This document shows positions 11,707 through 24,502 of a stretch of DNA of 64,000 bases, one piece after another. The notes below the pieces were generated by a model. It did no database searches. It worked only from the letters and a program-made list of their open reading frames with translations, and was not told where the DNA came from. The DNA comes from Takakia lepidozioides. Lineage: Eukaryota > Plantae > Bryophyta. The stretch covers positions 26,102,001 through 26,166,000 of the forward strand of contig CM060734.1 in assembly GCA_030704615.1 (NCBI GenBank), in the 5' to 3' direction. Every line of letters begins with the position of its first letter. The first letter of the stretch is position 1. The translations under genes were made by a program, and so were the position numbers.

Positions 11707-12311
11707 TCACCAAGTCGACGGAACTTCGATAGCCCTCAAAACAAGCTCATTTGTGACGCGGCATCTCCAGGTAAACTGCATTGCGGTCGTTCCGGTGCCC
11801 TTGCTGGAGTTGACGACAATGTCATGCCCATCAATGATACCACCATCATACATTGACAGGGTCACTGTGGGCCTCATGTGCCCGTGCGATTCGTCTTCGC
11901 AACTCAGCCGAATGTCTCCATACACCGGAAGAGCGGAGTGAACTCCACGAATATAGTTTTCCCCAGTGCAGTCCTCCCTGGTCCACTGGCAGCAGTTCCA
12001 GTGCCAAAGCGAGGCCATGCGTGATCTGTCCGGCATCCCATTCCAGCTTGGTATATCGAGGTCAACAATTTGCAGCACCCACGGATCACATTGACCCTCA
12101 CCCTCACCTCGCTCAAAGCGGTAATAGCCCTCCAAATACTCCATTGCGCGCAATGACTCCCGCTTGACTCCAGAAGCGTCAGTGAAAACAGAGAGCCACA
12201 CAATGATGGCTCATGATTTGGGTTTGAACATTGCATAATCGTGGCCATGATAAGGGCAGTCAGCAGGATTGCGGCGGCACGACATTCTTGCAAAAGATTA
12301 GCGGAGTACAC
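11707..12311 (-). CDS. Unknown protein (cargo of element B), paralog 1
   Basis: Open frame 11707-12201 (EYLEGYYRFER..PWVLQIVD..ALPVYGDIRL..LSMYDGGIIDGHDIVVN..TTAMQFTWR..ELVLRAIEVP). A hydrophobic segment lies upstream in another frame. Clear similarity to 12711-13424. Confidence 0.55.
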
Positions 12312-12710
12312 TCAATGACAGCAGCTTCCGGATGGAGGAGGCAGCAGCGCGGTGGCTAGAAGTAGTTCAAGGACATGACAATGTATTTGCAAATGGTGCA
12401 ATTCCTCACTTACACTCCAGGGCACATTTAAATTTCTCCCCTACAGGAACCTGCACGGATGAAGATTGGCTGCTCCATGAATGTAGCCGTTTCAGTTTCC
12501 TTCCGTGCCATGCAAGCTATGGGCCGTAAATGCCAGGTGGGCCTATAGCCACTCGAGACAACTTCATCCATCTCCCCTTCGGTGTAAATGCGGCGCCAAA
12601 TTTCCATCCGGGGGGATGGACTTCGGTGGCAGATGGCCGACTATTCCCCGTGGATGAGAAAGAGTAAGCGGTTCATCGGCCGCTGGCGTGATGAACACGT
12701 TACACGATGA

Positions 12711-13424
12711 TTGGTGGGTAGGTGGGACCCAGATCCTCCATTATTGGAGCCCGCAAGGCTCTTCCGCTTCTCATCATTTGGAAAATCAAAGGGCTTCGTT
12801 GCTGTCTGCAAGGTCATTGTCATCGACAACAAACACGTCCTGAGGGCCTCCTTTGCAAGGATGCCGTGCTTGCGGAACCAGGACGACTGCCCTTACGGAT
12901 GCTTCGATTATGCAATGTATTCGGCCACATCAGGAAACATCGTTATCTGGCGCATAATTTCCACAGAAGATAGTGGGGCGAATGTGGAAACATTGTCAAC
13001 TTTTGAGTATATCCCAGGCCACTACGCCTTCGAGCGGGATGACGATCTTGGTCTAAGGAGTCCGTGGCTCCTGCACATCTTTGATTCCAATTTTTCCAGC
13101 TATGGCGTGCACCCATGCAGAAGAATGCACATTGCTATGCTGTTGCGGTGGAACTGCTGCTAGTGGACGTGGGTGGACTCCATCAGAGAGACGTATACTC
13201 CTAAAGGAGTACGCTCCTCTTCTCCATTGTATGGCGACATTCGCATTGGTGTGGAGTACAAAAAAATGAAGCTTTCCATATTCGATGGTGGTATGATTGA
13301 AGGGCACGACATTGTGGTGAACTTCAACACGAACGGTACAACGGCTGCAATCCAATTTACCTAGAGGAGCCCGATGACTCATGAGCTAATTTTCAGAGCA
13401 GTCGAAGTCCCGTTGACAACGTGA
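12711..13424 (+). pseudogene. Unknown protein (cargo of element B), paralog 2, with in-frame stops
   Basis: EYIPGHYAFER..PWLLHIFD..SSPLYGDIRI..LSIFDGGMIEGHDIVVN..TTAAIQFT*RSPMTHELIFRAVEVP. Stops at 13161-13163 and 13362-13364. Confidence 0.6.
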
Positions 13425-13888
13425 CTTGTATTCAGAAGGCACATGGCTATAGATTTGTTTGCACCCTCAGCACAGTAGACGTGCTTCAAATGCAATTCAT
13501 GTGGATAAAAAAAAATCCCAATGTGCCCTCCTTTTTGTTCTATGCTGTATCCATCGTTCTCACAATGCATCATTCGTCATTTCGTTTTGGATTGGGAGTG
13601 GGGGTGGATTTTGGAAGTGGCTGGTAGGCTATAATGGGGGCCCATTGTACAGAGCAATACCCCCCTACCATTCGCAAAACATTGCCTTTCAATATGTAAT
13701 TCTAAAAAACATTGCCCAACCTCCTTCATGGGGAGGTCCTTGGCCCCCTATGACCGTGACACCCTCAACCCTATTCCCGTGGACAATAATTTCCGCAAAA
13801 AAATCCTGCTCATGTTTTTTTCGACACTTCCGACTCTGCTCATGGCTCATGCCGCTCATGGCTCATGGCTCATAAAATAGCAGCCCCC

Positions 13889-16800
13889 ATCCTGTTGGGG
13901 TACCCACCAGGAGCAAACACCCAGCCCGGGTGGTTAGTGTCAAAAGAATCTGGGGGTAGCATAGTATAGGGCAGGTAGTGAGAGAGGAAATCTAGGTGAT
14001 TGCAGGGATTGAAAGCAACATGTTAGCAGAATTACAAACAGTCTCCACATAACCGTCAATAGGGCAAGAAAGACTGAAGCTATAAGTGCGTGGCCATGCA
14101 ATGCAGATTTGTGCTGTGAGGTAATCACAAACCGAGTCATGGGGATGTGAGCTATTCATTGGGTAAGAACTGGTTAGGGCAAAAACATAGGTCGAGAGCT
14201 GAGAGTGGAGGTGGGAGATCAATTCAACACGGGATTTCATATGGTGGAGAGTGACATCCCTTGAGGGCAAACCCTCGTAGACCATTGGAACTGTCTGACT
14301 CGAGTGGGTGGGACGGGCAAGCTGGGTACATGCATCAGCTGTAGGCTCCAAGGCAGACAGCACCGAAGTAGGCTTGGGGACATAGTCAGCATCCCTTGTA
14401 TGACGGCCATGAGTAGTGGAAAGACCATCAGTGGTATAGTGGAGCTGTTGGAGAGGCGTGCAGGGGGGAAGCAGCGGAGTTGGAGCAGTCCATAGCAGGT
14501 GCATTCAAAACAGGGTGGTTGGGGAGTGAGTTGCTCATTGAAGGATCACATTTGGCAAACATGGCTGCCAGGGTATTGTTCAGAATGACAATTGGTACAG
14601 TTCCAGCTCTGAAGATGTCCCCATGGACCTCTTTGCCCTTTTCCAGATCTACCAGGGCAGTATGTAGAATGACATTTGGTACAACTACGGCATAACCTGC
14701 AAGCATCGCATTCCACGGCACCACATCTCATTCAGCCATAGTGTCAAACACTCCCTTTGCATCCTCGAAGCACCCACATTTTGCATACATGTCCGCCAGG
14801 GTGTTGTTCAGAATGACAATAGGTACAATTCCAGCTCTGAAGATGTCGCCATGGACCTCTTTGCCCTTTTCCAGATCTGCTAGGGCAGTGTGCAGAATGA
14901 CAGTTGGTACAACTCCAACAAAGCCTGCAGTCATCGCATTCCACGACACCACATCTCGTTCAGCCATAGTATCAAACACGTCCTTTGCATCCTCGATGCA
15001 CCCACAATTTGCATACATGGCCATCAGGGTGTTGTTCAGAATGACAGTAGGTACAATTCCAGCTCCGAAGATGTCGCCATGAACCTCATTGTCCTTTTCC
15101 TGATCTGCCAGGGCAGTGTTCAAAATGACATTTGGTACAGCTACAGCAAAGCCTACAAGCATCGCATTCCACGACACCAAACCTCGTTCAGCCATAGTGT
15201 CAAACACTCCCTTTTCATCCTCGATGCACCCACATTTTGCATGCATGTCCACCAGGGTATTGTTCAGAATGAGAGCAGGTACAATTCCAGCTCTGAAGAT
15301 GTCGCCATGGACCTCGTTGCCCTGGTAGAATGAAATGCCATGTGGAGTGTGTATTGCTGGTCTTGTACTCCGGGGTGGGGAGGGGCTGGGGTAGAGTGAG
15401 ATCTCCTGGGTTGTAGTGGTTGCCGTGTGGCCATTGGTGTATTTGGTTTGTAGGGGGCTCTATTTGACGGGGTCTGAGGTGACCTTGAATTGAGCATGAT
15501 GAGCAGGCCGGGCTGCGGCAATTGGAAAAAGAAATGGGGGGTATGGGGGGAGAGCACCTGGCGAGAGCACCTAGCGGGACAGGCAACAACGGAGGTGTTG
15601 CACATGACATCCGTGGGATGACCAACAAAAATTAAATGGTGGAGAGTAGAAGGTTGTCTCACAGCCTCTGTAGATATGACCGGAGACCCCCGATGGCTCG
15701 TGGCCAAGAAGCTTGGGAACACTGCCGCAGCGTATCGTAAAGTAGGATTGGCGAAGATGTGGAGCGGTTGGCAGACAATTGTCGTTACGGGTCCAGTCGA
15801 GAGGAGGGTGCCCTGTTGCGAGATAACAAGGTGGGACAAGAACGGATGTGAGCGCCTTCACCATAAAGGATGATCCTCTGTTGCGGGGTGCCATCTGCCC
15901 TGCAGCAAAGTCATTCACAGTAAGAATTAAGCCACCTTCATTCCTGTGTAGCTGCGATGCTGTCAGCAAGAAGTATGCCCGCTGCAGCAGGGACGTTGTG
16001 GCGGTGGACGCGTTGGAGACGGGGTGACTAAGAAAAGAGTTACTTGATGGTGCTTTTGATGCTTGTGGACGATGGTGGAGTGTAGTGGGCTGGGGGTGCA
16101 CAAATTGCAGACATTGCCCAGTGATAGATTGTAAAACCACTTCGTAGAGAAAGGGCCGTTGAGAAGTGCCTGTTCTGAGTGAATTCGGGGAACCTGTTTC
16201 GCAGTAGAGTCTAGTCGCGGGAACCCCTGAGGCCTCGGTGTTGAAGGCCTGAGCGTTGAGTGATAGGTTGGTGGTGGGTTGCCACTGAGGATATTGAAAC
16301 AGCAGCATTCTTCCACTCCGGTCCTGAGACAGTGTCGTGTGCCTGGCCATAGTGCGAAGTGAGTAGTAGGGCATGTGGAGCTGCGCGCTTTTTTTGGACA
16401 CCAGAGGTTGATGACGAGGGGTCATGCTATTGTGAGTAACCATCCGGGATGCTGGCCATGCGAGAGGCTCCAACATGGTGGGTAGTGACGCCATGAAAGG
16501 AGTGACTGACTGTGACTGGCTGTGTCGGGCTGTGTCGGCTGTGACTGGCTGTGACGGGAATGTGCTGCAGAGTGAGGCACATCGTGAAGTACACATGTTG
16601 CATAGGTTGTTCGGAACAAAGAATGAACCTGACTTCAGAATCTGGGAATGAACTGATGGCGGGGGGTAGCATAGCAGGCTGCTGGAAAGGGAACTTGGAA
16701 GTCCCACTGGTGTGCTGTAGAATGCAGCAAATTGCGGAGGGCACATGTTGCATAAGCTGTTGGTAATAAGGGTAGACAGGGAGAGTAGTGTCGCACGGAG

Positions 16801-17175
16801 GTATGCAGCTCCGCATGTTGTAAAGCTGAGCAACAAGGGAGATGACGGGGGCGGCGGTGCTGAAGGTGGGAGCGGAAAACTGCGTAGAATCTAACAAAGT
16901 GGAGCTTAAAAGAAGCGCTAACGACAGACAGTATATAGCCAGGCCCCAGCTGTTAGCAGCAGGACGGTAGCGTTGCGCAACAGCGCAGCGAGCATGGAGG
17001 TTGGCCATGGCGGCGACCAGAGCTAGATCATAAAATCATGCTAAAGTAGCGGGAGCGCTAATAAAACTGAGAGAAAACAGAGGGCAAGGATGAAATACAG
17101 CGGAACGCTAATCCGTTAGTCATGACTAAAAGTAGCAAGACACACAGCGGGGAGGCGGAGCTCCGCCTCCCACGA
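13889..17175 (-). mobile_element. Chimeric, probably non-autonomous LINE-like element with captured PPR and LTR-minisatellite pieces
   Basis: Starts at hairpin GGGAGGCGGAGCTCCGCCTCCC (17150-17171), whose flank is shared with 26285-26345. ATG at 17008 and low-complexity ORFs. Contains PPR repeats and a cacagcc patch at 16505-16557. Confidence 0.35.
14545..15325 (-). pseudogene. PLS-class pentatricopeptide repeat fragment, about three tandem 240-bp units
   Basis: Repeats of DLEKGKEVHGDIFRAGIVP-VILNNTLxxMYAKCGCIEDAKxVFDTMAERDVVSWNAM. One CGA>TGA stop at 14728-14730. No E or DYW domain. Confidence 0.85.
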
Positions 17176-18933
17176 GAACTATCATGCTTAAACTCCATCC
17201 CTACCTGTCAACCACTTCTACCCCCACCTACTGACCCCTCGGCCCTACCACAATGGGTCTCCGCCCTTGCCAAGGTCGGCAGGGACGCAAAAAGGTTGCA
17301 TATAATATCACTAAACAAAAAGCCAATGCCAATCATAAGAACTTTATCTCTTCCTTCGGGAAACTCTTGCATGACCATCCCAAACGCGCTCACAAAGCCA
17401 TCTTCAATCCAGCCCTCAACCCCCCTATTGATTGTCTCAAACACCGACTTGGATACCTCGTAACCAAACCTGATGACATCAAGAATGAAATCTGGGTGCA
17501 AGCCTCAGCCTCCTACACTCCTACAGTCAAGAACTGTCTGCACCCTAGCAAACATGCCATCGGCTGCCTGTGCGCTGCCAAACACTATCCCTGGCATGAC
17601 CTTGACGGATTCTCCCTTGATAAACGAGGCTCCCCCCATGACAGTATCCTAACCTATTTCACCAAGGCTCTCTATGACTCATGCCTCAAAAACCTTTCCA
17701 AATCTAAAGCCCCGGGCCCGATCTCATCCCCAATGCTGTACTCCAAACACTTGACCCCCATTTCCACTCTCTCTTATTCAAATTCTTTTAACTTTGCTAC
17801 CGCCTCCGCCGTATTCCCCCATCATGGAAACATAGCCGTACTATCCTCCTATATAAAAAAGGAGACCCCATAGATCTCGGTAATTACCGTCCTATAGCTC
17901 TGGCCAACACCATGGACAAACTCTTCACTAGCACGTTAACTACGATGCTCTCAAGCTATGGGGAGCACCACCGCATTCTTAGCGATCCCCAAGAAGGCTT
18001 TCGCGTGACTCGTAGTACCACTCGCCAAATACATATCTGCACTAGAAGATGCCAAACTCACTAAACAAGACATTTACCTCTTATACATAGACTTTAAAAA
18101 TGCCTTTGGATCTTTAGACCACGCTCAACTCCTCGCCATTATGACAGACCTGGGATACCCAATTGATGCCATTCAACTTATTGGCAATATTTATACTGGC
18201 AGTTCCACGGAATACTCTGGTTCATACTACGGCTCCACTCCCCCTATTCCAATTCTGCGAGGTACTATCCAAGGCGATACATTAAGCCCATATCTCTTTA
18301 TCATCTTTTTAGAACCCCTCCTCAGATGGGTTGATCGTGGCAAACTAGGCTACCACTACAAAACCTCTGATAACGAAATCTCTGCTGCTGCATACGCCGA
18401 TGATCTTGCCATCCTAGCCCACAAACCCCAACATCTCAATCGACAAGTAGACAAATTATTTCGATTTAACCAATGGTCTGGCATGGAGCTAAGCCTTCAC
18501 AAATGCATTGTTACCGCAGCCACCCATCATAGCAAATTCACTAAGGCCACGACTGCCTCACACTGCAAACTGCATATCCACTACCAAAATAAAAACTTTC
18601 ATTTTCTAGGCCCAGACAAACCCTACACCTATCTAGGTATCCAACTTGTTCCCTCTCTTACATGACACCTACAAAAGACCACTACGATCTCTAAACTAAC
18701 CGACAAAAGCATAGCCCTCCTCAAATCTCCAGTCTCCATCTGACCCAAACTCTCCCTTATTCAATCTGTACTCAAACCACAAGTCCAATACTCTTTTCAC
18801 GCGGCACCCTTTTCCCTCCCAGATATTAAATTAATTGACAAACATTTCATCCAACTCACTAAACGTATTTGCGGTCTACCTACCAGCACTCCCAACACTC
18901 TTACCCAACTCCCAACTGATAGCTACGACATTG
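17176..18933 (+). mobile_element. LINE reverse transcriptase fragment (pseudogene; RandI/Dualen-like by inference)
   Basis: KAPGP, LYKKGDP..NYRPIAL, QEGFR, YIDFKNAFGSLDH, RGTIQGDTLSPYLF, AYADDL, HKC and YTYLGI motifs, with frameshifts and stops. Cut by the CACTA end at 18934. Confidence 0.9.
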
Positions 18934-21120
18934 CACTACAACAAATGGGGGGGTTTTGCGACGCCAGCTGCGCCCCCACACCCCGCGCGGCGCTGAGCGT
19001 GCGACGCCAACCCCGCGGCGCCTTTTTGCGACGCCGGGGCGTCACAAGCAGTTGCATGAAGGGCAAAAGGCAGCCCTTCCTTGCGACGCCGAAGCTTCAC
19101 CCCCCAGCGCCGGGGCCAGTCTTGGACGCAAGGTGGCATGAAGGGCACTAAGGTAGCCCTTCCTTGCGACGCCAGGATGTCGCAAGAGGAACAACCCCTC
19201 TATGCGACGCCCGGCCGTCGCACAGTGGCATGAAGGGCAAAAAGGCCATTGCGACGGCAGGGCGTCGCAAGGGGGGTTTTTCGACGGGTTTTTTCTGCTT
19301 GCAATGGATGGGTGTCGCAAATAGGGGCTGCATTTTTCTTTCAGTTAAGGGGCAGGGAGAGGAGGTGGGGACGGGGGATGGGACTCTAGGGGGGGCCCCA
19401 CCTCTCTGTTTCTCTTTCTTTGCCCCCCCTCTCTCTCTCCCTCTCTCCCTCTCTCTCCCTCTATTTTGTGCTGCTCATCAAAAACAAAAAAAACCAGATC
19501 TTGTAGATTGTGACCTTCATCGAGACCGCGATGGACATGTAATGGGTGTATTTTCTGGATATCCCATTAACATTTCCACCTCCATGTGATTTACTAGCGC
19601 AGAGTCTTGGTGCCAATTTGCATCACTTGCTCCAGTTGCACGTTGTTGCCTTTGTGGGAGTTGTTTGATATAATCACCTAAGTCGTAGCAGACATCCATT
19701 ATCAGGAGACAACGTTGACATCTAGATACATCAAATAACTTCTTGAGAACCTCGGTGAGTCTTATCTCAAATGACATGATCCCCACCCAGAAGTGGTGTG
19801 TGCTTTGAAGTGACAATCCTTTCGAAGTTTGAAAGGATCCAGTAAACATGTGGTTTCACTGGTCAATCTGTCCAAAATGATCAGGCTATATTGTCCTTTA
19901 CTGTTTTGACAAGACAAACCCTATCTCTGTCTCTCTGTCCCTCTCTCTCTCTCTCTCCCAGTGGGGGCGCTAGGCTATCGAACTTTAAAAAACCGTCTTA
20001 AGAAAGAAATGAGACTTGCAACAAACTTTGTCGTCTCTTCCGTCAAACCATTTTCTTCTTCAAAAGCAAAGTCCATTGCCACTTTCATTGCAACAGTCTC
20101 TATCATCACAACATTCTCTTCTTCAAAAAAAATGTCTAATTCAATTTTCATTGCAACAAGCTCTTCTTGGTGTTGTTGCAATGTACCATGGTCCGAGGGT
20201 GTGTGCACTGCAGCTTCTTGTTATTGTAGTAATGTACCATGGTCTGAGGGTGTGTGCAGTGTAGCTTCTTGTTGTGGACCTACTTGTAGATTGTGGCATT
20301 CATTTTGATAATTCTCTTGACACCACATTTGTATGCGTTGCTCCAACATATTCATCGCCTCTGTCTTCTTTCTTGAAAGACTACCAGCCACAGCCATTGA
20401 TAAATCATAGAAATAAGCTATAATATGCATGTACATGTACAATCAATCGAAGGGATAGGTACAGTTCGGTGCGAGAATTATTATGTAGCTTTGATTACAT
20501 GTCTAATAAACTTGAACATCATCATCCGGAGCTTCTTTGTCCTCATCAAGCTGCAGTCTTCTTGGTCATCGGAGTCATCGTCATAAATGGCCCGGCCCTC
20601 AAAAGGCACCTCCGAATCATCAACCACCTCGTTTTCAATGGCCGTGTCTTCATCTCCTTCTCCAACATCCGTATCTTCTGGAGCTTCATCATATAGGGTC
20701 CGAGATGCATTCTCCAGGGCGTCATCATCCTCTTCTACCCCCTCTACCCAACCTCCATCATCAGCATCATTATGACCAGTCTCTCCCTCCACCGCAATTG
20801 CCTCACCCCAATGGAGATCCGAGACCATGATAGATATGTCTTCTTCTTGGCTGAGCATGCACAACCACCTTCCAATTTCCCCTTCTTGTTTTGTCATCGG
20901 AGAAGAAAACTTGCTCCATGTCTGAAGGCCATGAAAAAAGCTCATCGGAGGGACGATGACTAGGGTTGAGCCTATTTGCATTGACGCGCATGAAACCACA
21001 ATCATCTTGCACTAGTGTTGCGGAGGGCCCCACAAGATGTGGCTGGAACCACCTTCCCTTGAAGAGAAGAGGCCGGTACCTTGTATACTGAAGTTGGAGT
21101 ATTCTCTCAAGCTCTCCAAT
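18934..21120. mobile_element. CACTA element, one end plus internal remnant
   Basis: CACTACAACAAA terminus at 18934 and GCGACGCC subterminal repeats to about 19320. Transposase remnant at 20780-21115. Interrupted by the TIR at 21121. Confidence 0.75.
20780..21115 (-). pseudogene. CACTA TnpD C-terminal (DUF4216-like) fragment
   Basis: RPLLFKGRWFQ..TLVQDDCGFMRVN..DELFSWPSDMEQVFFSDDKTRRGNWKVVV. Confidence 0.7.
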
Positions 21121-22440
21121 GGAGGTTAGCTATTTCATGAGCATGAGCGGCATGAGCGGAGTAGTAAGACAATCGGTTTTCATGAGCAGAAGTACAAATT
21201 TTGAAAATAAAAAATATTAAAAAATATTATTTTAATGAAATGTGTCAGAACAATAATATTATAATATTCATTGTTTGTAGCTGAAATTGACCAACTGACC
21301 ATTGCTCCCTCGTCTGATTTCTTTACAACACCTGACATTGGCCACCAAGCCCGTATACATGCAAACTGTGTCTCTGCATTATCCAAGGTGGGAGCACGCT
21401 TGCACGCAAGACACATGGAACGGTGCTCCTCTCGGAATTCTGGCGCCACGAGCCTGGTTGTGTACATGTGACAGAAAATGGAACCCACAAGATCTCTCCT
21501 TGCCTTCCATTGGAACATTGGGGTCTTCCCCATACACCCTTCGGATGACAGCCCAATTTGCTTGTGCGTTGTCCGCCGTGAAACCACGGAAACTGGGCGG
21601 GGGCAATTTTGCCCTGCCCATCTGTTCGTTTATTCCCTGCCAAAGAAGCATCTCCAATTGTGTGTCCTCCCCTTTTATCACACAAATAACAATTGTCATT
21701 AGTATCTTACAGTGGGGGTCGTAGACATGTGCACCCATTGTCACCCACTGGTGATTTTTAATTCGCTTGATATGGTCGAACATGACCCAACTGTTTGATA
21801 AGTCCCCACTCGTCATTCGGTGGACCAGTTCCACGCCGTTGCCAGGCCCACACATTGAAATTTTGAATACGAAACAACGATTTGCCTCAGTCCCTTGTCC
21901 TGGAAACCTACTTCCATGAATGTAGTCATATCCACATCGTCGCTTCACCTCCAGAATGGGGTACATATCCGAGCCTCGCTCAATTCTCTATTTGCAAGAG
22001 ACAATGTGGTTTCGGACATTTGGTGAATAGACGTGGGACACTGACTCCAGCAAGGCCTCCATTTCCTTCTCATCGAGAGGGACTCTGTCAGAGCCATCTT
22101 CCGACATAATTCTGGCCAAAGCCATCTTATGGGCGGCCTGCAGCTGTATCTGTTTGGGTTTGGCACTAGGTCTCAACTTAACCTCCTCCTGAATGAGCTG
22201 CTCTGCCTCTTGGGCGGCCTCCCACGAGTTCCCCCTCGCCAATTTGTGACAATGCACACCAAGGTGTATGCAAGCTCGTGTGAGGTCAAACTACTTAGAT
22301 AGTGATCATAGCCACCATGTACGACCACGGACCCCCTGCAGTAACCGCAGTCGGGTAGGCGGTTTAGTGAGCCCAACCTACACCGCAACTTACCATGACC
22401 CCCCTAGACTAATATGCCGTCACCCTGATCGCGCGCACTC
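21121..22440. mobile_element. Left end of a Mutator-like element of the MTase-carrying family
   Basis: TIR GGAGGTTAGCTATTTCATGAGCATGAGCGGCATGAGC at 21121, matching the termini at 1922, 9134, 13888 and 62527. Transposase remnant follows. Confidence 0.8.
21270..22440 (-). pseudogene. Mutator-superfamily (MULE-type) DDE transposase fragment
   Basis: CGYC...RACIHLGVHCH (WRKY/GCM-like Zn finger), WVMFDHIKR (first D), FRGFTADNAQA (second D) and ERSCGFH (CxxH signature of MULE/hAT/P-type transposases). Frameshifted; third acidic residue not seen. Confidence 0.7.
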
Positions 22441-24463
22441 AGGGCTCGTCAGTACGATGTGGAGACTTGGTCCCCCAGGATATTATGAACAACCCCGATT
22501 TGGGAGTCAAGTAGTTTGAGGGAAGCATGGATCTCGGCCAAGTAGTGCGGGGGGGGGGGGGGGGCATGTATTCAGTAGAGAGTGGTGGCATCAAACATAG
22601 TTGGCATAGGAGAGATCGGATTTTTGAGATCGAGTGAGAGTTAAAATATCCGTTGCATGTATGTGGTAGAGGGGAGATGGTTACGATAAGCGAGAAAATG
22701 AGTTGTGGGGCGGAGAAAGTCTTGAGTTTAGATAAGGTTGTAGCAAGTGTTGGGCAACTGTTGGGGGGTAGCCCGAAGGTTGTAATATGGTCAGCAGGGG
22801 TGTTCTTTGTGTTTTGGCATTTTGGGAGGAAGGGACTGAAGTGGTCAAGAATATGTCGGTAGTTATGCATAAGAGAGATAGTGTTCGGTTGAAAGTATAG
22901 GGTATATCTCTCTTGCTCGTCTTCGGATAGAGTCTTGATAATTTCGGTAATGGTGGGCGGACCGGGGTTAGGGTGAATATCACCACACCTCAGGAGGATT
23001 AGGCCTTGACACGAGTATACATATGCTTGGTGAGGGTTAGGGGGGTGATGGTAATAATATTTAGATTTTGTGGGGAATTTGTAATGTCGGCCGTATGGGC
23101 CATGGATGAGGGGATTGATTCGTTGGTGCACATGGCGGGTTGTCAGGATGTGGGAGGAGCTAATGAGTGGTAGGGAATTATGGTGGGTAGATTGAGAAAA
23201 GGTGGAGCTGGTGGCAGTGGAGTGCGTAGGAAAAATATATCAGGGGTGGGTGGGTGGGTTGGTCGTATTAGGAAACGTTATCATCCACTTTATCTGGTTA
23301 GGGAGTAGCATGTGTGGCGGCCCTGTATATAGGGCGATATAGCTGTGTTTGTGTAGTGGGTATACATAAGGTGGCGGGGAGGTAGATATTGTATATGTGG
23401 TGGACTTAGGTGGGATACATTCATCCACGATTTTTTTATATCCGTTGGTAATGAAATAGATTTAGTGTTTGTATAAGAGGGTGTAGTTTGGTAAAGATGA
23501 TTGGCCAGTAGAGAGATGGGGAGAAGTGGGCGGTTAGCTTTCAGTGTATATGGAATCTGGGTGACAAACGCAAATGTCATATTATTGGGTTTGAATAAGT
23601 TTAGGGGGGTTTTTTATAAAAGGTGGCGAGACACACTACAACAAATGGGGGGTTTTGTGACGCCAGCTGCGCCCCCACGCCCCGCGCGGCACTGAGCCCG
23701 CGACGCCGAGCCTGCGGCATTTTTTTGCGACGCCGGGCCGCTGCGACACCATTGCGATGCCCAACCGTCGTAAGGTGGCATGAAGGGGGAAAATGGGCCC
23801 TCGCTGCGACGGATTTTTTTTTCTTGTGACGCCCCGGCGTCGCAAATCCAAATTTATTTTTTATTTTTATTTTTTGGACGTTGCGACGCCGAGCGTCACT
23901 AAGGGCGCCCCAGCGCCTCTGCGACGCTATGGCGTCGCAACAGCATCACCACAATGAGAGGTGTTTTTTTTTTTTTTTTTTTTTTTGGGCTTAGCGGCCC
24001 TCAACTTCACAAAAACGTCACTAGGGCGCCCTGCGTTAGGACGGCCAACGCTGCGACGCCAGGGGATCGCAATGGTGTTGTAGTCAGCTTAGGTCATTAC
24101 AATGACGTCGCTTGGGGCGCCTGACGATGGGGGGGTGCAACAACGGCGACGACGTTGGGGCTGGGGCTGGGGCTGGGCACTAAGGTTGTGGAGGTTACAA
24201 CTCCCAGGTGTCACAAGAGGGACCCTCTTAGAATGAACTTGAAGGAAATCTTCATATGTAAATATATATATATTTAGATTGTTTTTGTGATACATAGATG
24301 TAGCGTAGGTGTGTTGGTTAGTCTGTAGTGTCTTAGAAATGTTATAATGTGGAGGTCTTAGGTTCAAGTATGCATTGCATGATATATGTAGAACAATGAA
24401 TATATCACCATTAGATAGAACCGGAGTCAACAGTCAACAAGATTTTGAAATTCAAATTTTCCC

Positions 24464-24502
<39 letters not shown>

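Larger units (their letters stand above)
9900..13888. mobile_element. Right part of Mutator-like element copy B (left part presumably upstream of the window, beyond the inserted chromovirus)
   Basis: Right TIR reverse complement GGGGGCTGCTATTTTATGAGCCATGAGC ends at 13888. Subterminal sequence (ccctatt..ccgtggacaa..ctgctcatg) is shared with the end at 62527. Contains an MTase exon and a palindrome array. Confidence 0.75.

Noticed and set aside
1922-13898. Pairing the left TIR at 1922 with the right TIR at 13888 (cctgttgg also occurs at 13891)
   Set aside because: That match is offset by 2 bp from the terminus, whereas 9135-9142 is flush and restores the chromovirus PPT-LTR junction.
15571-16836. 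421-aa minus-strand ORF as a real host gene
   Set aside because: It is S/T/P-rich with no recognisable domain and includes a captured minisatellite and an internal duplication.
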